Origin: Spirochaetia bacterium
Lineage (GTDB): Bacteria; Spirochaetota; Spirochaetia; B11-G9
Assembly: GCA_029932585.1 (NCBI GenBank)
Contig: JAOZPU010000001.1
Span: forward strand, 630-64,629
Direction: 5' to 3'
DNA: 64,000 bases
A program made the translations under genes and the position numbers. The notes under the pieces are model-generated. The model was not told the DNA's origin. It searched no databases and was given only the letters and a program-made list of their open reading frames with translations. Of the stretch, positions 28,462 through 38,953 are shown piece by piece (positions within the stretch are counted from its first letter, which is position 1; the number at the start of each line of letters is the position of its first letter).

Positions 28462-30461
28462 TTAATAACATTCCAATCATCTTTACGGGGAAGTAATATC
28501 CAATATCCTCTATAAAAACCTTCTTCGTATTGTTTAGATTTATCTTTGAGTTTATAAATATTTGTATAAGTATTATAGAGCACATTAAATGTACTTAAAC
28601 CCTGTTTTCTATTAAGAGTAGCATCTTTATACTTTACAAAAAGACTTAACATTTCCATTGAAGAAAAATTTGTATCAAGATATTTTTTCAAAGTTGTAAA
28701 TAATTCAAGAATTGTACCTAGATCTGTAATATCCAATGCTCCCATTTTATCTTTAATACCCTGAAGAACTAATTGCTGTCTGGATGTTCGTCCAAAATCT
28801 GAACTTGTATGTCTTGATCTGGTAATCCTTAAAGATTCTATTCCATTAAGATGATGATTCCCTTTAGTATAGTAGAGTGTACTCCACTCTCCGTTATCAC
28901 GAACCATATATGTTGGGTCTATTAAATCCGCTTGAAGTGTAATATCAATTCCACCTAAAATATTTATGAGATCAATAAAAGCATACATATCTACAGCAAT
29001 ATAACCCTCTATACTTAAACCTGTTATATCTGAGAGAACTTCTATAAATTTATCACCACCATATGTTCTATAATAATCATTTATTTTGTTATCCTGGTAA
29101 TAAAGATCCCTGGGAATTGCAATCAGTGTTATATTTTTACTAATTCCATCTGCATGAACAAGTATTATTGTATCTGCATTATTTTCATGAGATCCGATTA
29201 CAACGAAGGTTGTACTACTTGAATTTGAATATTTATCAAGAATTACAGGTAAATTATCAGGAATATCTAAATTACTTTCTATTGTATTTGAAATATCCAC
29301 TGGATTTTCCAGATATTTAAGAGAAGATATCATAATATCTTCAGGATCCATTAAATATATGTCACCAATTATCTTTTGTATTGCAAATGAACCAAGGAGA
29401 GTATCTTTTCCTTCAAATATATCGTAATAGAAGTAATCATTATCTTCCCGGGGTAACATACCAATAGATAGATTGTTTTGATTTAGAAATGAAAGAAAGG
29501 AATCTTCAACTAAAATAGATTCAATTCTAAATTTAGCTGTATCAACTACTTTTATTTCTTTTGTTCTTTTATCTGACTTCAGTAAAAAATTATTTAAAGA
29601 AGTATAGAAATTTGAGAAAGTAGAATATTTATTATTATCAACCTCAAATACAAGATTTATGCTATCCAGATAAATATTTATAGAATAAGAATTATCTTTA
29701 TTATGAATAGAGTAAAATATTTTAGTAGTGGTAGATTTTAAATTTTCTATTTCAAGATTTTCTGATTTAAGAAATTTTAAAAATGTTTCGTTTTCAATTA
29801 GTTTTACAAATTGCTTTTTAAGTAAATTATATTTTGAATAATGTTCATTTAATACACTAATTGCAGAATTAAGGTACTTCAACAGTTCTGTACTGTCATT
29901 TTTAATATTTTTTAGAGAATAATTGTGTTTATCTCCTTTAAGATCTTCTATATATATATATGGATCCAAAGGATTTTCTGCTTTTATAGAAAAAAACAAA
30001 TTACTGTTTTTTAACAATTCGTAATTTGATGGACCGGTTTTTTTTATTGTTAAATTATTTTTAATAAAATAATTATTTAAACTACTTTTGTTAAGAATAA
30101 AATTAAGCTCGTTTTCCATTTCAATTTTACTTGAATAACCTTTAATATAGTCAACTGCATTATAAAATGGTAAATTTTCATTTTTTTCTTCTGAAATAAT
30201 TTCATCACTCGCTTTTTCTACAAATGTTAAATCTATTTCCGGAAGAGATAACATAACACGTACTTCATTTGCAGTGTCAGTTAATAATCGTATATTATTC
30301 TCTAGAACAAGTTCATTTTGCTTATAACTTTCAACTTTACTGGTTAAAAGTTCAATTTGATTATTATCCTTAACAGAAAAATATATAATTTGTGTAACAA
30401 AAATTATTATAAATGTAAAAATAATTATTACAATTGGGTTTATTTTATTAAGTATTTTCAT
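28422..30461 (-). CDS. LytR-CpsA-Psr (LCP) family protein with an N-terminal TM anchor and a large extra N-terminal domain.
   Basis: 679 aa. The C-terminal ~250 aa contain the LCP core (TIILVHADG...IAIPRDLYY...RHTSSDFGRTSRQQ). The N-terminus has a TM helix (IVIIIFTFIIIFVTQIIYF). Confidence 0.7.
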   Translation of the reverse strand: MKILNKINPIVIIIFTFIIIFVTQIIYFSVKDNNQIELLTSKVESYKQNELVLENNIRLLTDTANEVRVMLSLPEIDLTFVEKASDEIISEEKNENLPFYNAVDYIKGYSSKIEMENELNFILNKSSLNNYFIKNNLTIKKTGPSNYELLKNSNLFFSIKAENPLDPYIYIEDLKGDKHNYSLKNIKNDSTELLKYLNSAISVLNEHYSKYNLLKKQFVKLIENETFLKFLKSENLEIENLKSTTTKIFYSIHNKDNSYSINIYLDSINLVFEVDNNKYSTFSNFYTSLNNFLLKSDKRTKEIKVVDTAKFRIESILVEDSFLSFLNQNNLSIGMLPREDNDYFYYDIFEGKDTLLGSFAIQKIIGDIYLMDPEDIMISSLKYLENPVDISNTIESNLDIPDNLPVILDKYSNSSSTTFVVIGSHENNADTIILVHADGISKNITLIAIPRDLYYQDNKINDYYRTYGGDKFIEVLSDITGLSIEGYIAVDMYAFIDLINILGGIDITLQADLIDPTYMVRDNGEWSTLYYTKGNHHLNGIESLRITRSRHTSSDFGRTSRQQLVLQGIKDKMGALDITDLGTILELFTTLKKYLDTNFSSMEMLSLFVKYKDATLNRKQGLSTFNVLYNTYTNIYKLKDKSKQYEEGFYRGYWILLPRKDDWNVIKWYIRTLIEGTEI

Positions 30462-30586
30462 TTAGAAGAGGATAACCTTTATACTGTATTTTTATCAAGA
30501 GAAAGAAGGAAGCAGTTTTTTTTAATAATAAAAGAGTCAACAAGGTTTAAAATAAACCCTGATTGACTCTTTTAAAAAAAATAAAA

Positions 30587-31462
30587 TTAACGATTTCGAG
30601 CAGATTCTACTGTATTATACATAAGCATTGTTATTGTCATGGGACCAACACCACCTGGTACTGGTGTTATTTTTGATGCTTTTTCAAAAGCTGTATTGAA
30701 CTCAACATCTCCAACCAGTCTATAACCTCTTTTTTTACTGCTGTCTTCCACCCTGTTAACACCAACATCAATTACAACTGCTCCATCTTTTATCATATCT
30801 GCAGTAATAAATTCTGCTTTACCAATAGCTGCTATTAATATATCCGCTTTCTTTGTAATTTCTGCCATATTTTTAGTACGGGAATGACAAACTGTAACAG
30901 TTGCATTTCCACCTTCAGATTTATCAAGAAGTAAATTAGCAACTGGCTTACCTACTATATTAGATCTTCCGACAACAACAACATTGGCACCTTCTACTTG
31001 CACTTTAGAGTGTAAAAGAAGCTTAATAATACCATGAGGTGTACATGGAAGGAATGTATCCTTACCCATTAACATTTTACCTATACTTTCAGGATGAAAA
31101 CCATCAACATCTTTTGATGGTGATATACTCATTATTACCTTATCTGTATCAATATGTTTTGGAAGAGGAAGCTGTACCAGAATACCATCAATTTTAGGGT
31201 TATTATTCATCTCTTCAACAAGAGCAAGTAAATCTTTTTCTGATGTATCTTCAGGTAATTTTATATTTTCTGAATATAACCCCAGATCGTCACAAGCTCT
31301 TTCCTTTGCAGTTACATAGGATTTACTAGCAGGATCAGCTCCTACTAAAATTACACCCAACCCTGGGGTAATACCGTCTTTTTTAAGTTTTTCCACATCT
31401 TTTTTCAAATCTTCTCTAATTTGACTTGCAATTAATTTTCCATCAATAATTTCAGCTGCCAT
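30587..31462 (-). CDS. folD: Bifunctional methylenetetrahydrofolate dehydrogenase/cyclohydrolase FolD.
   Basis: 291 aa with a typical FolD N-terminus (IIDGK.IA..I) and the conserved motifs GRS.IVGKP and PGGVGP. Confidence 0.95.
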   Translation of the reverse strand: MAAEIIDGKLIASQIREDLKKDVEKLKKDGITPGLGVILVGADPASKSYVTAKERACDDLGLYSENIKLPEDTSEKDLLALVEEMNNNPKIDGILVQLPLPKHIDTDKVIMSISPSKDVDGFHPESIGKMLMGKDTFLPCTPHGIIKLLLHSKVQVEGANVVVVGRSNIVGKPVANLLLDKSEGGNATVTVCHSRTKNMAEITKKADILIAAIGKAEFITADMIKDGAVVIDVGVNRVEDSSKKRGYRLVGDVEFNTAFEKASKITPVPGGVGPMTITMLMYNTVESARNR

Positions 31463-31716
31463 TATTTTCTCCTGTATAGAATAACTAAAATGTTATTATA
31501 ATATTTTTATTATTTAATCATTCTTTCTCTATATATAATTGTGTAATTATAGAATATTCATATAAAAAAGAAAAGTGGATAAATCGTTCAAATAATATTC
31601 AAACACCATTTTAATTTATCTATAAGTCAAATTTGATTGTAAATTTCTTAATTAGCGTTGATAAATTGATATTAGGGTGATAAAATACATTTCTATAAAG
31701 CTTACGAGGTAAATTC

Positions 31717-32319
31717 TTGAATAAAAAATATTTCTTTATTATTTTATTGATATTACTTGTTTCCTTAGCTTCTTTTGCACAGGAAACTGAGGAAAACTTC
31801 CTTGAACCTTACAGTAGAGGAAGTCAGACATTTTCTATCAATTTGGGTCTATTAGTTCCTCTTTTTATTATCTTCCCTAATCAGGATACTGTTTTTGTAT
31901 CTTTCCAGAACCAATTATCCTTAGGAGGTACGGGATCTCTTGAATGGGCTACTTACCTTGATAACAGATGGTCTATTGGAGTTGGTCTTGCAGGTACTTT
32001 TGCTGGAACACCCCAGGAAAATACTCATTCGCTTATTCCTATTACCGCAAACTTAACTTACAATTTTCTTTTTAACTCATTTGAGGTACCACTTATAATG
32101 GGTGCAGGTTTTGCTGTAAATCAGGTTGATACTCAGGTTTATTTCGGACTGATTGCAAAAATAGGTGCTGGTTTTTTCTGGAATATGAATGCAGAATGGG
32201 CTTTTGGACTTAGAACACAATACTGGCTTGTACCGGAAATCTATTTTGGAGAGCAGGCTGATAAAACTGCCTATGGTAATTTTTTAGACATAGGGCTTTC
32301 TGCAAAATTTCACTTTTAA
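31717..32319 (+). CDS. Putative small outer-membrane beta-barrel protein.
   Basis: 200 aa. TTG start with GAGGT at -6. It has a signal peptide, alternating hydrophobic/aromatic strand pattern and a C-terminal ...KFHF ending in Phe (OMP signature). Confidence 0.5.
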   Translation: MNKKYFFIILLILLVSLASFAQETEENFLEPYSRGSQTFSINLGLLVPLFIIFPNQDTVFVSFQNQLSLGGTGSLEWATYLDNRWSIGVGLAGTFAGTPQENTHSLIPITANLTYNFLFNSFEVPLIMGAGFAVNQVDTQVYFGLIAKIGAGFFWNMNAEWAFGLRTQYWLVPEIYFGEQADKTAYGNFLDIGLSAKFHF

Positions 32320-32330
32320 CAGGATAAATT

Positions 32331-33338
32331 ATGAAAAAATACATTATATTAATGCTAGTTGCTATAACACTAATTTTGGGATCCTGTAATTCGGATGGAA
32401 ATGGAATTTTCTTTCAGATAAGCCAGGAAGTAAAACAAATAACATCGGAAATATCTGAACTTCCTGTTCATCAGGTTGTAGAAGTTGATTCCACTGTATA
32501 TGCCCGGACAGGAAGTAAAGTATGGGTTAAGAGTGCTTCTAAATGGACTGATGTTAGTAAAGGTAATCATATTTATAATATTGTTGAATATAATAGTTCT
32601 TTGTATGGAAATATTAATAATGATGATGTCAATCTTAATGGTGGAAAGATAATGTCATATGATGGTTCTAGTTGGTCATTAGTTACAGATTATGCTACAG
32701 ATATTACTTTATTTGAAGCTGATGATAATTATATTTTGCTTGAAGGAACAACTGATATTCTATCTTCTACAAGTGATCTTTCTAGTTTTGTCTCCAGTAC
32801 GTTAAGTGGAATGAATATTCTTGATGGTGCATATAATGGAACAATAGGTATTCTTATTTCAAAAAATAAAATTTATGAAAGTGCTTTTGGTGTCGCAATG
32901 ACAGAGCAAACACTTATTGGGGATGCAACAGGAGAGCTTAGAGGTATTACTATAGATACAACAAATAATTTCTTTTATATAATTAACAGTTCTGGAGATC
33001 TCTATAAATCTGATGTGAATGGACAAAATTGGGTATCAGTAAATAGTATTTCTGAACATATATCATATAATGGAGCACTTGGAAATGATATAATTGATCT
33101 AACAGAATATTTAATAATTGGAACAGATAATGGTTACTATGAAATGGAGATAGGAACTACAACAATTTCAAAACCCTCAGCAACAACCAGTGTTCTGGAC
33201 TTTGATACTTCATATCCGGAACTGGCAACAGAGCTTGTCTTCGAAGTGTATCCTTCATCTACAGCCAATGAATTTTACCTTGCAACAAGTAAAGGGTTAT
33301 GGAAAAGAAATACTGACGGTACATTTACAAAGCAATAA
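32331..33338 (+). CDS. Hypothetical lipoprotein (335 aa).
   Basis: Lipobox LGSC. It lies 11 nt downstream of the OMP gene and is rich in Ser, Thr, Asn and Gly. Confidence 0.55.
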   Translation: MKKYIILMLVAITLILGSCNSDGNGIFFQISQEVKQITSEISELPVHQVVEVDSTVYARTGSKVWVKSASKWTDVSKGNHIYNIVEYNSSLYGNINNDDVNLNGGKIMSYDGSSWSLVTDYATDITLFEADDNYILLEGTTDILSSTSDLSSFVSSTLSGMNILDGAYNGTIGILISKNKIYESAFGVAMTEQTLIGDATGELRGITIDTTNNFFYIINSSGDLYKSDVNGQNWVSVNSISEHISYNGALGNDIIDLTEYLIIGTDNGYYEMEIGTTTISKPSATTSVLDFDTSYPELATELVFEVYPSSTANEFYLATSKGLWKRNTDGTFTKQ

Positions 33339-33351
33339 TAGTTTCAGAATG

Positions 33352-33388
33352 TAAAAAAAGGGCAGACTTAAAGTTTGCCCTTTTTTAT
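33352..33388. terminator. Bidirectional rho-independent terminator (AAGGGCA/TGCCCTT stem with an A-run upstream and a T-run downstream).
   Basis: Read from the sequence; it sits between the convergent lipoprotein and giant surface-protein genes. Confidence 0.55.
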
Positions 33389-33402
33389 TCACATTATTTT
33401 TA

Positions 33403-36400
33403 TTACTTGGAATAATTCCCATCCGGAATATCAAGAAACCCTCTAAAATTATTAAGTTCCCATGTTGTTTTAACAAATGCCCCATTATGGTTAAGAACAG
33501 ACTTCCAACCCATAATATTATTGCCATTTATCGTTACACTATCCTTACCACCATTAATAGTAATTGCAGCCTGATCTGTAGAAGATATCCAACTTAAGTT
33601 TTTAGATGTTATACTATTTTCAGTAAACTCTATGTTTAAAGGATTAGCAAAGTTGAAAGCTGTAAAAACAGTAGTACCACCTTCTAAATCAATTTTATTG
33701 TTTGAAAATATTGAAACACTCGTATTTAAATCAACTCCTCTAACAATATCACTGGATTTAATTGATATATCATTTTTATACAGATTAATTATAGTGTTAC
33801 TTCCTTTTGTAAAATATGAGAATTCATTTGTTTTATCTAAAACAACAGAAGAATTTAGTAATTCCATACTAGAATTATCTGCAAGAATAAACGATATTCC
33901 TGAATCACCCATTAAATATATTTTTAAACTGTCAAGATAAACAATTGAATCTTTAATATCAAAACAAGATAATATTCTGCTGGAACTAACAGAATTTATA
34001 TTGGATTTTTCCATATTTAATTTACTATTAGTAAGTAAAAAGATATTTGTATTTATTGTACCTAATCCTGTATCCATATTTGTATTAATAATTGAAATAT
34101 CACTGTTATTCGAATTAAAAATCTCAATTTTTTGAGCAATTGAAGGAATAATATAAGAATCTTCTATAATTAATTTAGTTTTGTCTAAAGAAAAAATATT
34201 TAAAGATTTTGAAAGCCCATTCCCTGTTATTGTAGTACCTAATAAATTTATAGTACTATTCTTAGAATCAAATAGTTTTCCATTATCAATTGATCCAAAT
34301 ACTAATTTACTATCATTCAAAGTTAGATCTGAATTAATTACTTTGACAAATTCGGAAGCTTTAATATTTTCCTGAAGAAGATCCATATTATTTAACTGAA
34401 CCTGACCTCCATTCATATAAATAATTGGTGCATCAAGACTTAAATTTGAAAGTGAAATTTTGCTTAAATTTACATTTCCAGATTTTACTTCAATTAAAGG
34501 TTTATTTGCCGGAAATCTTTTTGATACTGCAATAGCGGTCTCTCCCCTTCCCTGATTCCAATTATTTAATGTAAATCCACCTGCTAATGTTATATCATCC
34601 TTTATAATTATTGAATTATCAATTAAAAATTCACCCTCAGTTAAATAAATAATTCTGCGTTTTGTTAAATCAGAATATTCCAGTGCTCTTTTTATTGTTT
34701 TGAAAGGTTTTAATCTGGATCCGCTATTACTATCATGTCCTTGAACTGAAACATAAATATTTGCTTTGTCAATAATAAACTTTACCTGATTAACAGAACT
34801 TCTATTGCCAGCAGAGTCTTCCGAGTACATATCAATTTTTAAAGTTTCAAACATTCCTTCTTCAGTACTAATTTTTACATCTTCAGAGTATTTTTTAAAG
34901 TTTTGAGAATAAGAACCATCTATATCAGAACTAATTTTGTAGTAAACAGAATCTTCACATTTAAAATTCACCAGCATATTCTTTTGATAATAACCATTAT
35001 TCTCAACCCCGAGTACTATGGGTATAACCGGATTAGTTTTATCTATGGTAAATTTATAATTTGTATCATTTTTTTCCAGTTCAGAAACATCTTCATTAAA
35101 TTCCTTAACATTTAAAGAAACTTGCAATGTTTCACCTTTTGCAGAATCAAAAACAATTGGATCTGATAATTCAGGAGAAAAAACAGTTACATTTTTGGGT
35201 TCATTGTTATCGATTGCAACTTCATAACGTACAGTACGGGATTGATTAACTTTCCAGACTACTCTTCCATTATTATATATTTTATTGTTGGATATACCTG
35301 TTATAATATTACCTGAGGAGGTCATTCTATTAAGTCGTGTAACTGCAACAGAGCTTTTATTACCCAGTGTATCTATTGAATAATAAAATAGATCTAAATT
35401 ATCATTATTCCTTAGATCTATATCCACAGGAGACAAATATTCATTAAAATCACCATCCCCCTGTTTTAAAAATATTTTCCTTCCAGTTATAGTGGGAAAT
35501 GAAATAGTACTTAAAGTGGAATTTATTTTTCCGACTTCTATTACAGGAACCTGATTTGATATTTTATCGAAAACAACTTTATGTAAACAGGAATTGATTG
35601 ATAAATTACCTGCTTTATCAATAGTTCTGGCACTAATATACACAGCTTTACTATTTCCAGCCTTCAATTCAATAGGAAAATTATATACAGAAGAATTTTT
35701 ATTTGGAATGTTCGGGTATGTGCCATCATTTGAAATCTCATAAACAATATCATCCATGTCATCTGCTAATAATCGTATAAAAATATTATTATCAGTAGAA
35801 TATTCTTCTTTAATAATTGGAGATTCAGGATATTTTTTATCTATTGTAAAACTAATTAAATTTCTGCTAATACTTGTATTCCCAGCCGGATCAATTGAAA
35901 TGGCTGCAAGCTGATAACTCTTTTCTGTATTTTCAGATTGTATCAAAGTATAATTTGAACTAAGTAAGATACCATTCATTTTAAAATTTTCGATATTTAA
36001 ATCTTTTTCTGTTATTTGTTCTTTAAGTAAGATCCAGGTAGTTTCATCATTTTCATTCACACTTATAATTACATCATCATTATATATTTGTCCATCAACG
36101 ATTGATGAGATTACAGGTGCCCGTGGAGCTATACGATCAATTTGAAAATTTATTTGTACAGGATCAGTTCTTATTCCATTTTCTTTATAAGCAGCTATCA
36201 TTTTTACAGAATAGAAACGCGATTCGTTAACCGGACAATCAAAATAAATAAAATCATTAACAATATTCTCATTACTCAGTATTGGATCTGAAGGAGGTGT
36301 TGTTCCTGTACTTATTGTATAGTAAACTTTAATGTCATCTGAATAATGGAACCTCATACTTCTAGGCTGATTGTAAATTCCTTTATTCTCAATTCCACTA

Positions 36401-38298
36401 TATTCAGGAAATATAGGAACTCTATTATCTATTTGTATATCATTAAATATTTCATTTTTACTTTTATTTCCCACAGCATCCTGACTGTAGCTTATAATTG
36501 AATAATTATTTAAACCCGAACTATCAATATCTATTGTAAATGGCTTTTCATAAAGTTGAAAATCATCATTATTTCCTTTACCATCACTTACCAGTTTATA
36601 ATATAAAGTATCTGTTCCTCTAATAACTATTTCTCCATTTATATAACTTATTTCAGGACTATCCGGAGGAATTGTATCAGATTTTAACAAATCAATTAAA
36701 ACTGACTCAGAAATATTTCCAGCACGATCTATTAGTGCAATATTGATAATTGCATTTTGATCCATACCGTGAGGAATATTTAAAGTCATATTAGCTTTAC
36801 CAGTAAAAGATTCAGAATTGGGAGAGGGAGGAAGAGATCCATCATAAGTAATATTATATATTATTCGATTTTCTAAAACATTATCTATTCTAAACAGAGT
36901 TTGTCTCAAGCCTTCAGAGAGTTTTGTTACAATAGGTTTTTCCGGTTTTTTAATATCAAATGTAATTAGTTTTGATGTTACAAGACTAGTTGATTTATCA
37001 TTAAAATAGGAAATTGCTTTTATAATCATTGATCCGGAAGAAAGACCATTTGGCAGATCCATTTTAAATGGTTTATTATAATAATTTGAATATCGATCTG
37101 GTGTTGAGCCATCAATTGTATAATATATTTCTGATCCAGGAGCACTAAGTAATCTTACTTCTGTGGTAGTTACCAGGGGAGATTCAGAGCCTATTGAGAT
37201 AATTGGAGAAGCTGGTATTTTTTTATCCAAAACATACACATAGCGATATTCGCCTGATTCTGAATTATCGGAAACTCTGATTATTCTATATTTAACAACT
37301 CCTGGTACGGGCATTACACTTAAATAGTCAGGAAGAAAAGGATCTAAATTACTAACTTCAACATCATCTATATTATAATGTAGTTCCTTTGAATTAAATT
37401 TAAGATTTAATTCTTCTGAATAAACACCGCTATCATTATTGATTACTATATTTTTATTATCAATTATAGAAAAATCAATTTCTTTTCTAAGAATTTCTTT
37501 AGATTCAAAAGGAAGTGCTGCAATTTTTAATGTAAAATCACCTATAGATTTTAATAGAACAGGATCAATATATGACGTTCCTCTAATTGCAGGATCTGTA
37601 TTATTTAAAGTATATCTTATCCACTTATATCCAGTTGTATCCATATATAATAACTGACTATTTAAAAACTTACCTGCTACCGGACTTATAAGATCTATTG
37701 TCTGTAAGCTTTTTTGTAAAGGGAGAATAGTGAATCTATTAATAACAACACTACTCTTATTCCCTGCGGAATCTTCTGAATAGCTTTTAATAAAATCTGT
37801 ATTTAAACCTTTTTCTTGTGTAATTAAAATTTGTTCACCATTCCACAACCTGTATTCGGATTTGTTTTGAGATTGAATTGTATAATAAATTGAATCATTA
37901 CTATCTTTAAATTTAAAACTTAGTTCACTACTATATATTCCATCATTTATAGTGAGCTTAGGCTCCAGAGGAATATTTTTATCAACTATATAATTGTATG
38001 TAATTGTCTCAAGTATCTCAGATTCGTCTATGGCCATGACTACAAGAGTAAATTTTCTTGATTCACCAGACATAGCTGTAAGACTTAATGGGTATAAAAA
38101 TTTTACTGGTGTTTTATCAAGGCTTTCTTCAAAATAATAGAAAATATCTGATTCAAGAGAATTATTAAAGGAAACTTCTACATTGTTATTATAAATTCCA
38201 GATTCTAATGATGGAATAATAATACCGCTTAAACTAAATATGTTAAAAAGTGAAAAGTTACTTATTATAAACAGTATTATCAGAAACTTGTATTTCAT
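33403..38298 (-). CDS. Giant exported surface protein with about 13 degenerate chitobiase/hexosaminidase-C-like (CHB_HEX_C) repeat modules and a C-terminal right-handed parallel beta-helix domain.
   Basis: 1631 aa with a signal peptide. There are recurring modules of about 90-100 aa with the signature [IVL]YY[TK]I..G..P.....Y..PF.I, for example IYYTIDGSTPDRYSNYYNKPFKM, LYYKLVSDGKGNNDDFQLYEKPFTI, VYYTISTGTTPPSDP and VYYKISSDIDGSYSQNFKKY. The C-terminal ~500 aa begin with ...VQGHDSNSGSRLKPFKTIKRALEYS, typical of pectate-lyase-fold proteins. Confidence 0.75.
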   Translation of the reverse strand: MKYKFLIILFIISNFSLFNIFSLSGIIIPSLESGIYNNNVEVSFNNSLESDIFYYFEESLDKTPVKFLYPLSLTAMSGESRKFTLVVMAIDESEILETITYNYIVDKNIPLEPKLTINDGIYSSELSFKFKDSNDSIYYTIQSQNKSEYRLWNGEQILITQEKGLNTDFIKSYSEDSAGNKSSVVINRFTILPLQKSLQTIDLISPVAGKFLNSQLLYMDTTGYKWIRYTLNNTDPAIRGTSYIDPVLLKSIGDFTLKIAALPFESKEILRKEIDFSIIDNKNIVINNDSGVYSEELNLKFNSKELHYNIDDVEVSNLDPFLPDYLSVMPVPGVVKYRIIRVSDNSESGEYRYVYVLDKKIPASPIISIGSESPLVTTTEVRLLSAPGSEIYYTIDGSTPDRYSNYYNKPFKMDLPNGLSSGSMIIKAISYFNDKSTSLVTSKLITFDIKKPEKPIVTKLSEGLRQTLFRIDNVLENRIIYNITYDGSLPPSPNSESFTGKANMTLNIPHGMDQNAIINIALIDRAGNISESVLIDLLKSDTIPPDSPEISYINGEIVIRGTDTLYYKLVSDGKGNNDDFQLYEKPFTIDIDSSGLNNYSIISYSQDAVGNKSKNEIFNDIQIDNRVPIFPEYSGIENKGIYNQPRSMRFHYSDDIKVYYTISTGTTPPSDPILSNENIVNDFIYFDCPVNESRFYSVKMIAAYKENGIRTDPVQINFQIDRIAPRAPVISSIVDGQIYNDDVIISVNENDETTWILLKEQITEKDLNIENFKMNGILLSSNYTLIQSENTEKSYQLAAISIDPAGNTSISRNLISFTIDKKYPESPIIKEEYSTDNNIFIRLLADDMDDIVYEISNDGTYPNIPNKNSSVYNFPIELKAGNSKAVYISARTIDKAGNLSINSCLHKVVFDKISNQVPVIEVGKINSTLSTISFPTITGRKIFLKQGDGDFNEYLSPVDIDLRNNDNLDLFYYSIDTLGNKSSVAVTRLNRMTSSGNIITGISNNKIYNNGRVVWKVNQSRTVRYEVAIDNNEPKNVTVFSPELSDPIVFDSAKGETLQVSLNVKEFNEDVSELEKNDTNYKFTIDKTNPVIPIVLGVENNGYYQKNMLVNFKCEDSVYYKISSDIDGSYSQNFKKYSEDVKISTEEGMFETLKIDMYSEDSAGNRSSVNQVKFIIDKANIYVSVQGHDSNSGSRLKPFKTIKRALEYSDLTKRRIIYLTEGEFLIDNSIIIKDDITLAGGFTLNNWNQGRGETAIAVSKRFPANKPLIEVKSGNVNLSKISLSNLSLDAPIIYMNGGQVQLNNMDLLQENIKASEFVKVINSDLTLNDSKLVFGSIDNGKLFDSKNSTINLLGTTITGNGLSKSLNIFSLDKTKLIIEDSYIIPSIAQKIEIFNSNNSDISIINTNMDTGLGTINTNIFLLTNSKLNMEKSNINSVSSSRILSCFDIKDSIVYLDSLKIYLMGDSGISFILADNSSMELLNSSVVLDKTNEFSYFTKGSNTIINLYKNDISIKSSDIVRGVDLNTSVSIFSNNKIDLEGGTTVFTAFNFANPLNIEFTENSITSKNLSWISSTDQAAITINGGKDSVTINGNNIMGWKSVLNHNGAFVKTTWELNNFRGFLDIPDGNYSK

Positions 38299-38903
38299 AA
38301 CATCTGTTTTTTTATGATATCAACTAATTCCGGGCTATCTTTGTAATATTCTTTTAATTCATTTTCAGTAAGTCCCACAAGTTCATGGCTCATATAATGT
38401 ATCCATACATCATCTTCCGGTTTTTCAATAATATGAGTCCTGCATGAATAATCAGGAACCAGAGGTAATTTGTCTTTTTTATATTTTATATCTTTAAAAT
38501 CATGAACTGCAATTTTTAAATCATGTCTTGGGATACCATGGTTTATTATTACTTCTCCTAAATGATTTATTGTTCTTCCTGAATCATAAATATCATCAAC
38601 TAACAGAACCTTGTCTCCGTTTCTAAGATATTCAGGATTATAAGTCCATCCATCTATCATTACTGCAGATTGTTCTTTAATATTTGTATATGATCTTGCT
38701 ACAACAGCTGCATAAAAAACAGGACGATCATTACCCTTAACTATTTTAAAATATTCACTAAATACATTTCCAAGATATGCTCCTCCCCGTAACAAAACAT
38801 AGATTACATCAGGAACAAACCCATCTGTATGTATTTGGTTTGCTAATTTAAGAGCATTATTTCTAACATTATTGTAAGTAATAAAATCTTTTTTCATCAT
38901 CAT
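38295..38903 (-). CDS. Small type-I phosphoribosyltransferase-domain protein.
   Basis: 202 aa with the PRPP-binding motif VLLVDDIYDSGRT. Its stop overlaps the start of the giant surface-protein gene by 4 nt (ATGA). Confidence 0.65.
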   Translation of the reverse strand: MMMKKDFITYNNVRNNALKLANQIHTDGFVPDVIYVLLRGGAYLGNVFSEYFKIVKGNDRPVFYAAVVARSYTNIKEQSAVMIDGWTYNPEYLRNGDKVLLVDDIYDSGRTINHLGEVIINHGIPRHDLKIAVHDFKDIKYKKDKLPLVPDYSCRTHIIEKPEDDVWIHYMSHELVGLTENELKEYYKDSPELVDIIKKQML

Positions 38904-38953
38904 CCTTTCCTTTATAATATTATCGGTTTAATAAAATCGATAACTCCACTCTT

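Noticed and set aside
38295-38903. PRTase-domain protein as a possible defence-system effector
   Set aside because: It has a canonical PRPP-binding loop and is embedded in a housekeeping operon (map upstream). With no partner sensor or nuclease genes, a salvage-type phosphoribosyltransferase is the simpler reading.
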